64,000 bases of DNA from Octopus sinensis. Its lineage: Eukaryota. Positions within the stretch are counted from its first letter, which is position 1. The number at the start of each line of letters is the position of its first letter. Below, piece after piece: positions 53,401 through 64,000 of the stretch. The position numbers were made by a program, and so were the translations under genes. The notes below the pieces were generated by a model, which saw only the letters and a list, made by a program, of their open reading frames with translations, was not told where the DNA came from and ran no database searches. The stretch is from NCBI RefSeq assembly GCF_006345805.1, contig NC_043021.1:868001-932000 (forward strand), given 5' to 3'.

Positions 53401-56400
53401 TGGTAAATATTTTCAGACCTACATCAGTAGAAAGTGACTTTACAGTGTCACAAATAGGAATTACCAAGTCCACCCTGTTCAGTGGTTGGTTCAAGGAAGG
53501 GCACCCAGGTGTAAAAACCATGCCTAAGCTGATGTTTGAGCTTGACTCTCCTGCAGTTCACTGGATCCTGTCAAACTGTCTGACCCATGCCAGCATGGAA
53601 AGCAGACATTAAATGATGATGATAATCTGTAAATGTTATGATGAAGCTGACAAATACCTGCCTTGTGTTCAACAAATCTTTCCTAACCTATCAACTGACA
53701 TCTTGCATTCTGTTTTTCTTTCTCTCTCAAACTCAGTTACACAACATTATGCCCGTTTCTATTTTATTCTTCAACCAATTATTTTCTGATATATTTCAGA
53801 CCCTAATATCCGCGTGGCCTGTTTGACTTGCTTTGGTGCCATTGTTAGTCTACAACCAGCTTTGGCCGAAGTATGTTACATTGTACAGTCTTTAAAACCA
53901 CCATCAGGAGGAAATAGTACCACAGTATCTGCTGACTGCAATACTAACGGCACCACAGAAGATGCAGTTATGGCTTACAGTAAGGAGTTCCAGTTCACAG
54001 GAGATGGCATGGAGGGAGAGGTGGTGCCAAACCAACAAGATTATATGAAATGTGGTAGGCCTTTTTTTTTTTTGAGGTTTATGTGTATATATGTGTGCGA
54101 GAATGTTAATACTCAGTGGATTCAATTGTCACTCTTCGAAGGAAACTGATGTAATGTTTGTATTCCTTGTTGACATTATGATTGGTGGTTCTGTGCTTTT
54201 AAAGAATTCTGGAATAATAAAAATTCCTTATTTGAAAAACAGTAAGTATGACTAGAAGTGCTGTTAAAAATTGCCTCAAATAACTCCCCATCTGACCCAT
54301 ACCATCCTGGAAAAACAGACGTTAAACAAGCGAGCATGTGTGTGTGTGTGTGTGCACATATCTCCAAACTGATTCCTCCAAACTCTTTAATTCTTCTTCT
54401 CTCCTCTTTTAATTCTCTCCAGATTGTTTTTCTGCTAGCGAACCACTTACCCCCATCAAAACTCCATCTGGATTGCAGACTCCTGTAATATTCCAAGACA
54501 AAAACATCCAGAACCAGTTGCGAAATACATCTTGGTTGATAACATTATGTGTACAGAACATCTTACCTCAACAGGTAAACAATAACGATACAAATGTGGC
54601 CCACACAACTGAACCCGTTCCAATACGTTTGGAATCTTTACAAATATTGGCACACCTCACTAAGAATTACTTCCCAATGATCAGGTAAATATCTGTTTAG
54701 AGAACAATGATATACAACTGCCTTGTTATATGGTCTTGGAGTGAAAGGCAGATTGTATGATGTCTTGTTGCTATTTTGTATTAGATTAGACATAGTTGAG
54801 CGCATGTAAGGAAAAAATCTCTTTCCTTTAAGACATAGTATTTCCATGAATAGATTATCTCATGTCTGCTTTCATCTTTAAAATAGCAAAACATGATCTT
54901 GATAGAGATTTCACTGTTATTTCTTCTAAAAAATCCTTCAGCAGGCCTAGGGTTACACCAGGATCGAGAACTTACATTTGATGGCCTCCACATTTCTTCA
55001 GATTGTATGGGATTCTCTTGAACAAATGAGTGAATGAAGATGAGAATGATGAGACTGTCTAAGACACCCACACCCTTCCATTAATTGACTTCTTTTAATT
55101 ATATTTCCGTTTGGTGGATAATGTCTTCACAGAACCACTGCCAGACAGTGTCTGCAGGATTCCTCTCAGCTCTATGGAACTCACTCAATAAATTTACTTT
55201 ATCAAAGTCAAATACTGTTTGACTGAGATAAAGGTTTATACTTACAAAAGCTACATCTTACACAACCCTTTTCTGTCATATGTGTGTGTGTGAGATTGTC
55301 TTTTTTTATAGTTGGTTGATGGTATTGCAGAGATGGTAACTTAACCCCCTCTGCTGTTCCTGGGCTGTTTCCAGAAGCAAGTGCCCAGCCCTAGCTACCC
55401 TAACCACCTCTCTATTCATGGATATGCTATGAAGAAAGACAAGTCAACACATTTGCAGCATCAATGAAGCTGAAGGAGATGTCAGTTATTGGTTAAGTAT
55501 AACCATACATATCTGCCTTAGGGTCCCTCTCTCTGGATTTTCTGTAGGGGTCTACTCTCTTAGCATTTTCTAAACACTCAATAAATTGCTCTACAAGACA
55601 GCAGGGTTTATTATTGTTTTTATAGGAATCATGGTTTGTGCAGAGCCAGCCCCACTCTCTCATCCTTTAAACTTATATCCGTCTAGTACAAGGGCACAAT
55701 CCTAGTTGTTATCTGGATGCAGGATTTATATGGAGTTACCTTCTCTCAGACAAGCAGCCAGAGTTGAAGGGCCTTATCTACCTCATGTCCATTGGGCAGC
55801 CTTCTTCCAGAGGTAATTCTAATTAACCCATGGCTGGGATCCTGGCAAGTGTCAGTACTCTGAGTCAGATTAGACCTCAGAACCATCATGGTAGTTCCAC
55901 ATTCCTCAAAACCCTGGAACACCTGAACGACCAGGTGCCGTTTAAAGTCACACCCAACCATCTTTGTAACGCAAATGAGAATGATGAGACAGTTGGGTCT
56001 GTGGTATGCATATTTACATCAAAAGTGGACTGAAAGAATAGGTTTAAAATAGTTGACAGTTCATGTTGTGTAGGTCTGAAAACCTTGTGGAAATCAAGTA
56101 AATATTGTTGGTCAGTGCCATAGAAGATATTATGGTGGATCCTTGTAACCTTTACTCATAGAGAAGGATTAATTATGATAACAAATTAATGATTCAGCAT
56201 GTTTTTTTTATTCTATTTTTTTAATTCAGGAAAAATGTTGGACTCTTGAGAAATTTGATTCAAGCCTGTATGGAAGACAGTGAAGGGGTCCTCAAACTTC
56301 ATGCCATCAAGGTACTTGTTTACTCCCAACAATCATCATCATCATTTTTATGTTCCCTCTTTCTCTGTCAGCTTGGGTTAGAAGGAGAATTTATCAGGAC

Positions 56401-59157
56401 AATGTTCTATGGCGTGTGCCCTTCTTGAGGCTGACCCTTAATTGTGTTTCATTTGAGGTACCTTTAATTCCATAACCTCATCTGAACTACCCAACTGCTG
56501 AACATTTTGTACATTTAGGTCATAAACATTGTCACAATCTGAAAAGTGTCATTGGGAAGGATACACACACACACACACACATACACACACACACACACTA
56601 GCTTCCATCCAGTTTCTATCGGCCAAATTTTACCCATGAGGTATTGGTCAGGCTATTTGGTGAAGTTCAGCTTGATTTGGTGCCTACACATGGTGCCAAA
56701 ACAATTTGTGTGGCTTGCTGACCACCACATCAAAGTGATTCCTTGTCCAGGTAACTTCACCTTTCCTGAAACCCAGATGGAATCTATGGAATAGAATTGA
56801 AAAGAATCTGGCCAATTTGTGTCCCAGCAATCAGGTAGAGTTGCTGGCTGTTATGGAAATTATCTGGGTTTCCATCAAATCGGAGCAATGTCACCTGTTG
56901 GTGTCACTCTGCACTACAGTAATCGAATCCAGAGGGAAACCAGCCAAGTACTTATATCTCAGGCCAAACTTACAGTTTGACCCGTTTGTTCCATTATAAT
57001 GCCACCTTCTGATATTTTGTGAAATCGGGTTTTAATGATCTCTGTGCAGAGACCTTAAGTGTTAGTTTATATTTCATGACATCTCAGCTGTAATTAATAT
57101 CTCAACTGTGATTAATAAATATTGGACTCCTAACTCAACTTGAACCCTTGTCATTTCAGTTACTTGATGAACTGACACAGGTTTTGAGTCAAGACTTACA
57201 GAACATCGACAACTCTAACGAACCGAATTCTGATATGTTCACTGTGGAACAGGTAAAGTGATTTTAACTGTTGATGTTGTTGATTATATCACCTGTGGCT
57301 TCACTGCCACCACCATCTGCATGTCTTTACATAATGTTATGATTGTTATATGTGACAGGTGTTGGAGTTCTGGGAATACCTGCTCAACGGACCGTTACTG
57401 TCAGCACTCCAGTGTGAAGAGAATAGCCCAGTGTGTGCAGCAGCCTGCGACTGTCTCTCTAACATCGGTTCAATGATTTTCCCCTTGCTTCCTGTAAGTA
57501 TTACGTTTATTATTACATCTGCCATAGTGTGCAAGGAATTCCTTAGCCCCTGCTATCAGTAACCCCTTTAGTGCCTGCTAATGCAATAATACTTAGCTTA
57601 ACCATTCCCATAATCATGGTTTCCAGCCATGAAAAATATGCCTTGGAAACCTGACATACACAACAGACTTAGTTGATCGTTGTTGCGTGTGTGTGTGTGT
57701 GGGGGGGTCAGATGATTGATGGTCATGATGGTAAGACACTGTTAGATTTGTCCAGTCTAGTCTAGCTTAGAGAAACAGATATTACATGATTGTAAAAGTT
57801 ATAATGCTATCCATATCCCATTGTATCTCAGGAATCCAGGTTCATTACATTTCGTGGAACTGATATCATTTTACTAATAATAAATGACATCTCTATTATA
57901 ATGTCACTGTTTATGCCATTGTTATGAGCTGAGCTGAGATGATTGCAATAAGCTAAAAAAAAGTCAGAATTACACCAAATGCCATCGCTGTTCATAACAA
58001 TCTTACTAACAGTTGAGCCAGATGTCGTAGGCTCATTACATCTGGTGCTGAACAAAGACACCAGTTGTTAGTGGTCTGTGTTGACAAAAGGAAGATCAAC
58101 AACAAATTTTTAAAAAAACATGTTAGTTTGCCGTGATAAAATGATAATTGTAATTTTGGTCTGGGCTCTTTGGAGAGAGAGAGAGATGTGTTTAACATGA
58201 CTCACACTATTTCTTTCCACTAAACCCCTAAACTAAAAAAAAAGGTAAAGGGTAAAGACCCCCTTTGGTTATGAATTGCCATGGGATTGCACCTAGATGG
58301 TTACTTTCCAAGGCACAAGTCCAGGCAAGGTTTTTTTATGGAAGACGAGCTGTTGCCTATGCATACCAGCCTCCCCTCTCCATACCACTGACGTTATCCA
58401 AGGGAAAAGCAAAGGGGTCAATACAGCTTGGCACCAGTGACATCACAATTCACTTCTACAGTTGAGTGAACTGGAGCAACAAGAAATAAAGTGTCTTGCT
58501 GAAGAACATAACACACAGCTCAGTCCAGGAATCGAACTCACTACCTCATGACTGTGAGCCTTATGCTCTAACCACTGAGCCAGGCCTAAACTGTTATCTT
58601 TAGAAATAAGGGTTATGAATTCATTCTTACTTCCCCCTTCTCTCTTCTTATAAAACTAGCCTCTGATGCCAGTTAACAGGCTAATTAGCCAGTAATTAAA
58701 AAAAAACTTGCAGAATTTTTATAAAAGTTTTTTATATTTTGTCAAATTTTGTTTTATTTTTCTTTCCAGCGCCATCTTCGTATCTTGTGTGTGACATCAG
58801 TGTTAGGTTTAACAATGGGTGGAGACAAACTGGTGATGGCCTCAGCAGTAAGGACCATTGGAGTCTACGTATTACAACCCTGCCTGCGTGATGTGAGTAG
58901 TTTATTAGAACACTTTTAAACAACATCTAACACTGCATTACTGCTGCACTCTGATGCTGCAGAACCACTGCTGTCAGTTACTCTTCTGTGACAGGTTCAA
59001 TAACTGACCCTATTCACTTCCTGGAATAAATAGATATTTGACCTGTGTGTATCTACATATATATGTCTGTGTGTATATGCTTACGTGGGGGAATGAGTAT
59101 GTGTATCTTCTCTTCAGTTGTTGTCCTTTGTCCACACTGGCATGGGTTGGACTATAT

Positions 59158-59205
<48 letters not shown>

Positions 59206-60834
59206 CTCTGCTATGTAATAAGCACACTTTATAAAGTATTATGGAGAGCATCCAGCTGTAGAAGCCAGGCCAAAAGAGACAATAGAGTCCTGTCGGTTCC
59301 TGTCAAACTGTCGAACCCATTCCAGTATGGAAAACAAACATTAAATGACAATGATGATGGTGATATTCTGAGACCCCTTCGGTCACGACATAGACCATGG
59401 TATTGCACCTAGAAAGTTACCCTCCCAGGCACAAGTCCGGGCAAGGTGGTTTATGGAAGACCAGCAGTCGCCCATGCTTGCCAATCTCCCCTCTCTATCA
59501 GCGTTATCCAAGATAAAGGCAAAGGGGCCGATACAGCATGGCACCTGTGATGTCACAACTCATTTCTACAGGTGAGTGAACTGGAGCAACGTGAAATAAA
59601 GTATCTTGCTCAAGAACACAACACACAGCTCGGTCCAGGATTCGAGCTCACAACATCACGATCGTAAGCTCAACGCCCTTACCACTGAGCCATGCACCTT
59701 CACTGATGGTGATATACATATATATATATATACATATATAACTTCTGACCTTTACTGTAGTGAATATAAAATAATGTAAGCAACAGATTTCTTCTTCATG
59801 ATTACTTCAAGTTTCTGGTCTTGGAGATATTCCTCAAACAGCATTCCGAATTCATCCTGGCTTTTCAGGAAAGAATTTTGGAGAATGAAAAATAGAACAA
59901 TTCCATTTCTGTTTCCATCATTGGGCAGAACTCTTAGATTGTAGAGATGAGATATTCAATAGGACAATGAAATCTCAAGAATTCTTGTGAAAGAATAAAT
60001 CAGAAAACGGAATAAGAATGAAGAATTTTGGAAAATAAATTCGTAAAAATGGAAAGAAAAGAATTGAAAAAAAGCATAAACGACATAACTGAGACATTGG
60101 TTGTGTTTTTGATCTGACAATATTCCTGCCCCTAAAATGTTAATGAAATCTCTTGTAATTACTGAAGAAATAAAGAATTAAATCTAAATCTGACTTTGTT
60201 TTCTTGCTTTTCTCTTTCTCAGGATCTTTCTTTTATGTCTGATGCTGCTCACACCATTCTAACCTTGGCTGCTGACCAAAGCACCACTGTCCGTATGAAG
60301 GCTACTTGGGCCCTTGCTAATTTCTGTGATGCATTGGCTATTAACAGGTGGGGGTCATTGTGTTTATATAACGTTTATATCTATATAACTGTTATTTAGA
60401 TGAATGTAACTATTTATTTAAATGTATATAATTGCTCTATGCATTTAACTACCATATATATATTATTTAGATGTATATGACTATCACTTATGTGTATATA
60501 TATATATATATTATTTATGTATATATAACTGTTATTTAGATGTACATAATTATTATTTAGATGTATACAACCATTATTTACGTAGATAGAAGAGTGGTGA
60601 GCAGGCAGAATTGTTAGTTTGCTTAGCAGCATTTTGTCCATATTTATGTTCTGAATTCAAATTCCACCAAGGTTGGCTTTGCCTTTCATCCATTTGGGGT
60701 CAATAAAATAAATACCAGTTGCACACTGGGGTCAATATAATTGATCTCCCCATCCCATCAAAAACTTCTTGGCCTGTTTCAAGCTTTTAAACTACTATTT
60801 ACATGTATATAACTGTTATTTAGATGTGTGTATA

Positions 60835-60866
<32 letters not shown>

Positions 60867-63861
60867 CACACCTATGTGTTTACAACTGAATAAGAATGTT
60901 AACATTTGTCTCAAATATTTGTGATGGATGGGCAGTATCATTAAACAAATCTTATTCTTTTGTGTACATTAATGTTTTGGGTTCAATCCTCTTCATAGGC
61001 AGCTTGGCTCTTCACCTTTTTAGATTCAATGAAATAAAGTACCAGTCATGTACTGGGCTCATCTAATTCATGGATCAAAAACTGCCTTTTGTAATTGCCC
61101 AGTTTTAACTCATTTTACTTTTTCTAACATCGACCCCTGTTTATGTCATACAATGTCTTGCATATAAAACGATTCCCTTCTATCTCACTGTTTCCATCAC
61201 TGACAATGTTTAAATAAGCAAATATTTTAATTTCAATGTAAAAAGGGAAACAATTTAACACAAACAAATGCTCAGTGGCCCTCAAATATATAAAATTTGA
61301 GAAAAGATCTGAGGCCCACAAAGAAGACTTAAATGGCCTTTTGTAGACTAGACCCTAGTTGTGGCTGACCCCTCATTTGATGGAATGTTACACACCCTGA
61401 AATTTGTGGCTTAGTATTAGTGTTCGAATTTAGTGTTTGTCACAATTGTTGAGGTTTTCAGTTGTACTCTCCTTGTAGTACGACTTTTAAACTATTTTAC
61501 TGTACAACATTACTATTCTATTCTACTTATTTGTATTTTATTGTGTTTATTAAATATAATTAGTTAATTAACTGGGTTTATTTATAATGAGCATAAAAAA
61601 AAAACAAATTGATAATGTCAAGTAGTTAATTATTTTATTGTAATAAAGTTGTTGTGGTGATATTTGTATAAAATATTCCCCTGATTCCATGTGACTTGAA
61701 ACCCTAATCATTCTGTTATTCTCTCTCTTTGTAATTTCCAGAGAAAACCAGGAAACACAATTCATTGAAGACTTCTCTGATTCTTTATTAGTAAAACTCT
61801 TCGAAGTAGCCACAAAAGCCTCCCAAAACAACGACAAAATCCGTTCCAATGGAGTTCGAGCCTTAGGCAATCTGCTCTGTTTTATTTCAGAAAAATCTCT
61901 CCGTCAGTTCTCACACGCTTCCTTATTCTTTATTCTTTATTCTAAACAACTTGTAAACCGTTAAATTCATTTGTCACATTTTGTTTTGTTTTTTAACAGA
62001 CAAGAACAAGGTTTAGCCATTGAAATAAATGGGTTTTCTGAAATACCTAATTAAAGTTTGTTTTGATGCCAAATTGGGAGAAGCATCTGTGTATTGGATA
62101 AAATACCTTTTTGTATTTATTACTCCTGCATTCTTTGTTCAGATCCCAGTAGCATCACCTTTGCCTTTCATTCTTTCATCATGATCAAAAGATGAAATGG
62201 TGAAACTGTTAGAAAGATTTCTTGCAGTATTTCTCTTCTATTCTAAGTTCAAATCCTACCTTGACCCATCAACCCTCCATGGATGGAATCAGAATCCATC
62301 TATACACTTGTGGTTAACCATGGATAGCTTCTAAGCACTAAACAGTATTGAATCTGCTGGGGGTAGAGTGGAGTGCTGGTGGTGGTGCTGGTGGTGGTTG
62401 CTTATGTGATAAATATGGTCTTTAAAAAGCCAAGCAACCATCCGTGAAGTTGCATTGTGACTGATCAAAGTCCAACTTTTCCATTCCACAGGAAATCCGA
62501 ACATTCAGTCCCATATTGAGACAGCCGTGAAATGTTTAGTTGAAAATGCTTCTGCAGGAATAATGAAGGTAAGAAACTGGCTTAATCTTAGCATTCTCTC
62601 CTTGCTTTCTCTCCTTCACATATTTCATTCTTCCCCCGGAGGTTTCTTCTTCATTTATCTTTCCAGCTTAGCATCAATTAGAACAGAATTGATCTTGAGG
62701 TATTATTTTTGCAGCAGAATCTTCGTCTTGTTGCCAACTTCTACCTATTTATCAAATGAAGGTTGTCTAATGCAGAACAGGCCTTCAAAACCACAGAACA
62801 ACCAGTTGTAATATCAACAAGCGATGTAAACATGATGTCACCATTTTGCTCAGAGACGAGTCTGATGTTTACGTTCCCTGTTCACTTTGCAAGAAACATA
62901 ACGTTGGAATTCCAGATGTAGTATATAACCACTGGCATAATATAGGACCAAATATAGTATATTTCACTGTCCACCCCACCACTGATGTACTCCAAACACA
63001 CACACACACACACCTGCTACTCCACCTCTATTATTTTGCTTCTCCCCTCCAACTCCCTCACCCATATTTGTTGCATCTTGAGACCCCATTTCCAATTTCC
63101 TTTTCTTTTAGGTTCGTTGGAATGCCTGTTATGCACTGAGTAACTTACTTAAGAATTCACTGCTGCCCCATGGTGAAAAAACTGACTGGAGTGTAAGTTG
63201 AAATCACTTTCCACATCCTTCATTTTGTATCAAGATTTCTCAGTTTGTGATTAAAGATTTAAAAAAATTGATTGAAATAGCAAATGAAGTCTATAGAGCT
63301 TTCATTATTCCTATAGTGGTGGGCATGGAAGGGGAGAGTGTTACATGTTTGCCTGTGAAGGTTGTTTGGGCTGAAACAGCAGCCAAATGACTTCGAAATT
63401 ACACTTTGCCTTACTAAAAATTGACACATAAGATTATGTAGTTCGAACAGGATGGTCATTGCTGGAATGCTTTCAATATCTGCTGGATCAAGGCTGATTT
63501 ATGGCTAATCTTTGACTTTATAATGTACTCCTGTAACAAATATAAGAAATTATTATTATCAAGAAAGCAGCTAACTGGCAGAACCATTAGCACACCAGCC
63601 AAAATGCCTTGATCCAGCAGATATTGAAAGCATTCCAGCAATAACCATCCCATTCAAACTACATAATCTTATGTGTCTATTTTTAATAAGGCAAAGTGTG
63701 ATTTCGAAGTCATTTATATTCTGAGTTCAACTTTGCCTTTTATCATTTTGGGAGGGGGTGGGGGTCGATGAAATAAGTACCTGTTATGCACTGGGGTTGA
63801 TGTTGTCGACTAGCCCTTTTCCCCTAAATTTCAGGCCTTTATTGTTGTTATTGTTATTATT

Positions 63862-63905
<44 letters not shown>

Positions 63906-64000
63906 GTTTCTTCACAGGTCAGTGTGTATTGCAGTTTAAGCAACACTGTTCAGAATTGCAGCAACTTCAAAGTACGTATCAATGCTGCTCTGGCTCTTGG
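38165..64000 (+). CDS. HEATR6: HEAT repeat-containing protein 6; 22 exons in window, 3'-partial
   Basis: In-frame GT-AG exons: 38165-38470, 39251-39358, 40187-40327, 42386-42495, 43274-43388, 44663-44758, 44907-45368, 46317-46439, 48175-48251, 50634-50763, 51599-51698, 53800-54054, 54423-54684, 56230-56311, 57160-57252, 57359-57493, 58770-58892, 60223-60347, 61742-61902, 62492-62568, 63112-63192, 63918-end. Motifs matching human HEATR6 as recalled: VSSSESELSD, KVRQAAL, GYW..FVPD, RDPSPK, ELHRSLLLA, PIRLESLQ, LLNGPL, KIRSNGVRALGNLL, MKVRWNACYA, NFKVRINAA. Confidence 0.94.
39251..39358 (+). CDS. HEATR6: HEATR6 exon 2
   Basis: EGNQLLCKLCMLIPYKEECLVMKFCHTIFSVLTNTE, phase 0/0. Confidence 0.85.
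39490..39735 (-). mobile_element. SINE family A, near-complete minus copy
   Basis: Reverse complement of 5359-5572. Confidence 0.85.
40187..40327 (+). CDS. HEATR6: HEATR6 exon 3
   Basis: GSLEDKCFLKV...DILSTLAVVLHDNGNRLKK. Confidence 0.87.
40897..41900 (-). mobile_element. 5'-truncated RTE-clade LINE in HEATR6 intron 3
   Basis: VDSFRYLGDQV, RIRIAWAKFREL, MLHGSETW, LRWYGHMLRM, GRGRPRKTW; 3' tail gttaaacgatgatgat. Short copies of the same tail at about 21330-21470, 23310-23376, 33000-33110, 53490-53625, 59230-59362. Confidence 0.9.
42386..42495 (+). CDS. HEATR6: HEATR6 exon 4
   Basis: FYELLLGETGLFV...LCCLENITLK, phase 0/2. Confidence 0.87.
43274..43388 (+). CDS. HEATR6: HEATR6 exon 5
   Basis: SGNSPYMEEKYVSACIDIFLKIL...LPKCR; donor gtatgt. 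Confidence 0.87.
44663..44758 (+). CDS. HEATR6: HEATR6 exon 6
   Basis: ILCHTLRGLHNIVLATRSVPLETIGLLLSAVW. Confidence 0.88.
44907..45368 (+). CDS. HEATR6: HEATR6 exon 7
   Basis: NYVFYGL...LYPIPMSQY...KKKKKKK...VSSSESELSDSD...KVRQAALGTLYIIFK. Confidence 0.93.
45655..45800 (+). mobile_element. SINE family E (gtgtggttaagaag...gggttcagttccactgc head)
   Basis: Related copies at about 11145-11280, 50850-50940 (+) and 33290-33425, 51330-51450 (-). Confidence 0.7.
46317..46439 (+). CDS. HEATR6: HEATR6 exon 8
   Basis: FTDRKVIFGYWMCFVPD...LTIILRDPSPK; donor gtaaga. Confidence 0.93.
47774..47819 (-). ncRNA. Second, inverted copy of the hammerhead motif
   Basis: Minus strand GACAC-CTGATGA-A-GGCTG(gagggtatat)CAGCC-GAA-ACGT-T/ATGTT; core intact, first pair of stem I is a C-A mismatch. 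Confidence 0.55.
47872..48150 (+). mobile_element. tRNA-headed SINE-like element: A box, B box, (AAT)n, hammerhead-bearing 3' half
   Basis: TGGCATAGGGATTAAG (A-box-like), CTACTAA loop, GAGTTCGATTCC (B box), then aataataataataac and the hammerhead region; ends approximate. Confidence 0.7.
48014..48059 (+). ncRNA. Minimal type I hammerhead ribozyme motif (Penelope-like-element type)
   Basis: GACAC-CTGAAGA-A-GGCTG(gagggtatat)CAGCC-GAA-ACGT-T/GTGTT: stem I 5 bp, CUGANGA core, 5-bp stem II, GAAA, palindromic ACGU stem III, predicted cleavage 48054/48055. Activity untested. Confidence 0.7.
48175..48251 (+). CDS. HEATR6: HEATR6 exon 9
   Basis: CRLGALGALSALIEGTRPFLAAAEYT; donor gtgagt. Confidence 0.9.
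48550..48669. repeat. 120-bp imperfect palindrome
   Basis: Outer arms 48550-48579 and 48640-48669 pair 29/30; centre tccaagcttgga. Confidence 0.92.
48708..49741 (-). mobile_element. Non-autonomous Helitron-like element in HEATR6 intron 9
   Basis: Minus strand starts atctttatatatataaaactgagaat(gtct)n and ends with hairpin gacccggcaacgacgagtc plus CTAGT; internal continuity not verified. Confidence 0.55.
49754..49945. mobile_element. Mariner-derived MITE fragment (one TIR)
   Basis: tgaggtggtgctgaaaagttcctgg resembles a mariner-type terminus; partner end missing. Confidence 0.45.
50634..50763 (+). CDS. HEATR6: HEATR6 exon 10
   Basis: DQVRTAFMPFSLVLGSTLKELHRSLLLAVVSENYPLTLTQLVK. Confidence 0.93.
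51599..51698 (+). CDS. HEATR6: HEATR6 exon 11
   Basis: CISTLVANSPYHRLKPGLLTRIVKQLKYLVRHR; a different frame from ORF-track 51502..52224. Confidence 0.92.
51734..52217. repeat. 29-bp minisatellite, about 17 units
   Basis: ccttggtaccaagagacaccatcagctta. Confidence 0.97.
52935..53245 (+). mobile_element. SINE family B (tRNA-like head ggttcagtggttagggc...gagtttgattcc)
   Basis: Reverse-complement copies at about 21020-21320, 29705-29992, 58250-58590, 59370-59700. Confidence 0.8.
53800..54054 (+). CDS. HEATR6: HEATR6 exon 12
   Basis: DPNIRVACLTCFGAIVSLQPALAEV...DYMKC. Confidence 0.9.
54423..54684 (+). CDS. HEATR6: HEATR6 exon 13
   Basis: DCFSASEPLTP...SWLITLC...EPVPIRLESLQILAHLTKNYFPMIR. Confidence 0.9.
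56230..56311 (+). CDS. HEATR6: HEATR6 exon 14
   Basis: KNVGLLRNLIQACMEDSEGVLKLHAIK. Confidence 0.9.
57160..57252 (+). CDS. HEATR6: HEATR6 exon 15
   Basis: LLDELTQVLSQDLQNIDNSNEPNSDMFTVEQ. Confidence 0.88.
57359..57493 (+). CDS. HEATR6: HEATR6 exon 16
   Basis: VLEFWEYLLNGPLLSALQ...AAACDCLSNIGSMIFPLLP. Confidence 0.93.
58770..58892 (+). CDS. HEATR6: HEATR6 exon 17
   Basis: RHLRILCVTSVLGL...AVRTIGVYVLQPCLRD. Confidence 0.92.
59370..59700 (-). mobile_element. SINE family B copy
   Basis: ttgcacctagaaagttaccc...gagcaacgtgaaataaag...accactgagcc shared with 58250-58590 and 29705-29992. Confidence 0.8.
60223..60347 (+). CDS. HEATR6: HEATR6 exon 18
   Basis: DLSFMSDAAHTIL...VRMKATWALANFCDALAIN. Confidence 0.93.
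61742..61902 (+). CDS. HEATR6: HEATR6 exon 19
   Basis: ENQETQFIEDFSDSLLVKL...NDKIRSNGVRALGNLLCFISEKSL. Confidence 0.93.
62492..62568 (+). CDS. HEATR6: HEATR6 exon 20
   Basis: NPNIQSHIETAVKCLVENASAGIMK. Confidence 0.9.
63112..63192 (+). CDS. HEATR6: HEATR6 exon 21
   Basis: VRWNACYALSNLLKNSLLPHGEKTDWS; donor gtaagt. Confidence 0.92.
63385..63715. repeat. 110-bp inverted repeat pair
   Basis: 63385-63494 versus 63606-63715, roughly 8 mismatches by eye. Confidence 0.9.
63918..64000 (+). CDS. HEATR6: HEATR6 exon 22 (cut by window end)
   Basis: VSVYCSLSNTVQNCSNFKVRINAALALG. Confidence 0.9.

Noticed and set aside
38165-64000. U12-type or non-canonical introns
   Set aside because: All reconstructed introns in the three genes are GT-AG with no GTATCCT donor.

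Overview
AT-rich, microsatellite-dense animal DNA. The repeat families look like a coleoid cephalopod, probably Octopus (inferred from recalled repeat sequences, not a search). Three spliced protein-coding genes were rebuilt by hand with GT-AG boundaries and continuous frame. (1) A membrane-anchored matrix metalloproteinase on + (7 exons, 8115-14414); its signal and pro-peptide exons were not found and probably lie upstream of the window. (2) A complete delta-tubulin TUBD1 on - (4 coding exons, 35330-22259, 450 aa). (3) HEATR6 on + (22 exons from 38165, running off the window end), head-to-head with TUBD1. The rest is SINEs, RTE-type LINE remnants, two decayed Tc1/mariner elements, a Helitron-like element, two minisatellites and microsatellites. 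Most ORF-track entries are repeat artefacts. The top lead is in HEATR6 intron 8: a tRNA-headed SINE-like element carrying a minimal type I hammerhead ribozyme motif (48014-48059), paired head-to-head with an inverted, internally deleted copy of itself. Other long intronic foldbacks occur at 48550-48669 and 63385-63715. An inverted 530-bp repeat pair brackets six MMP exons.
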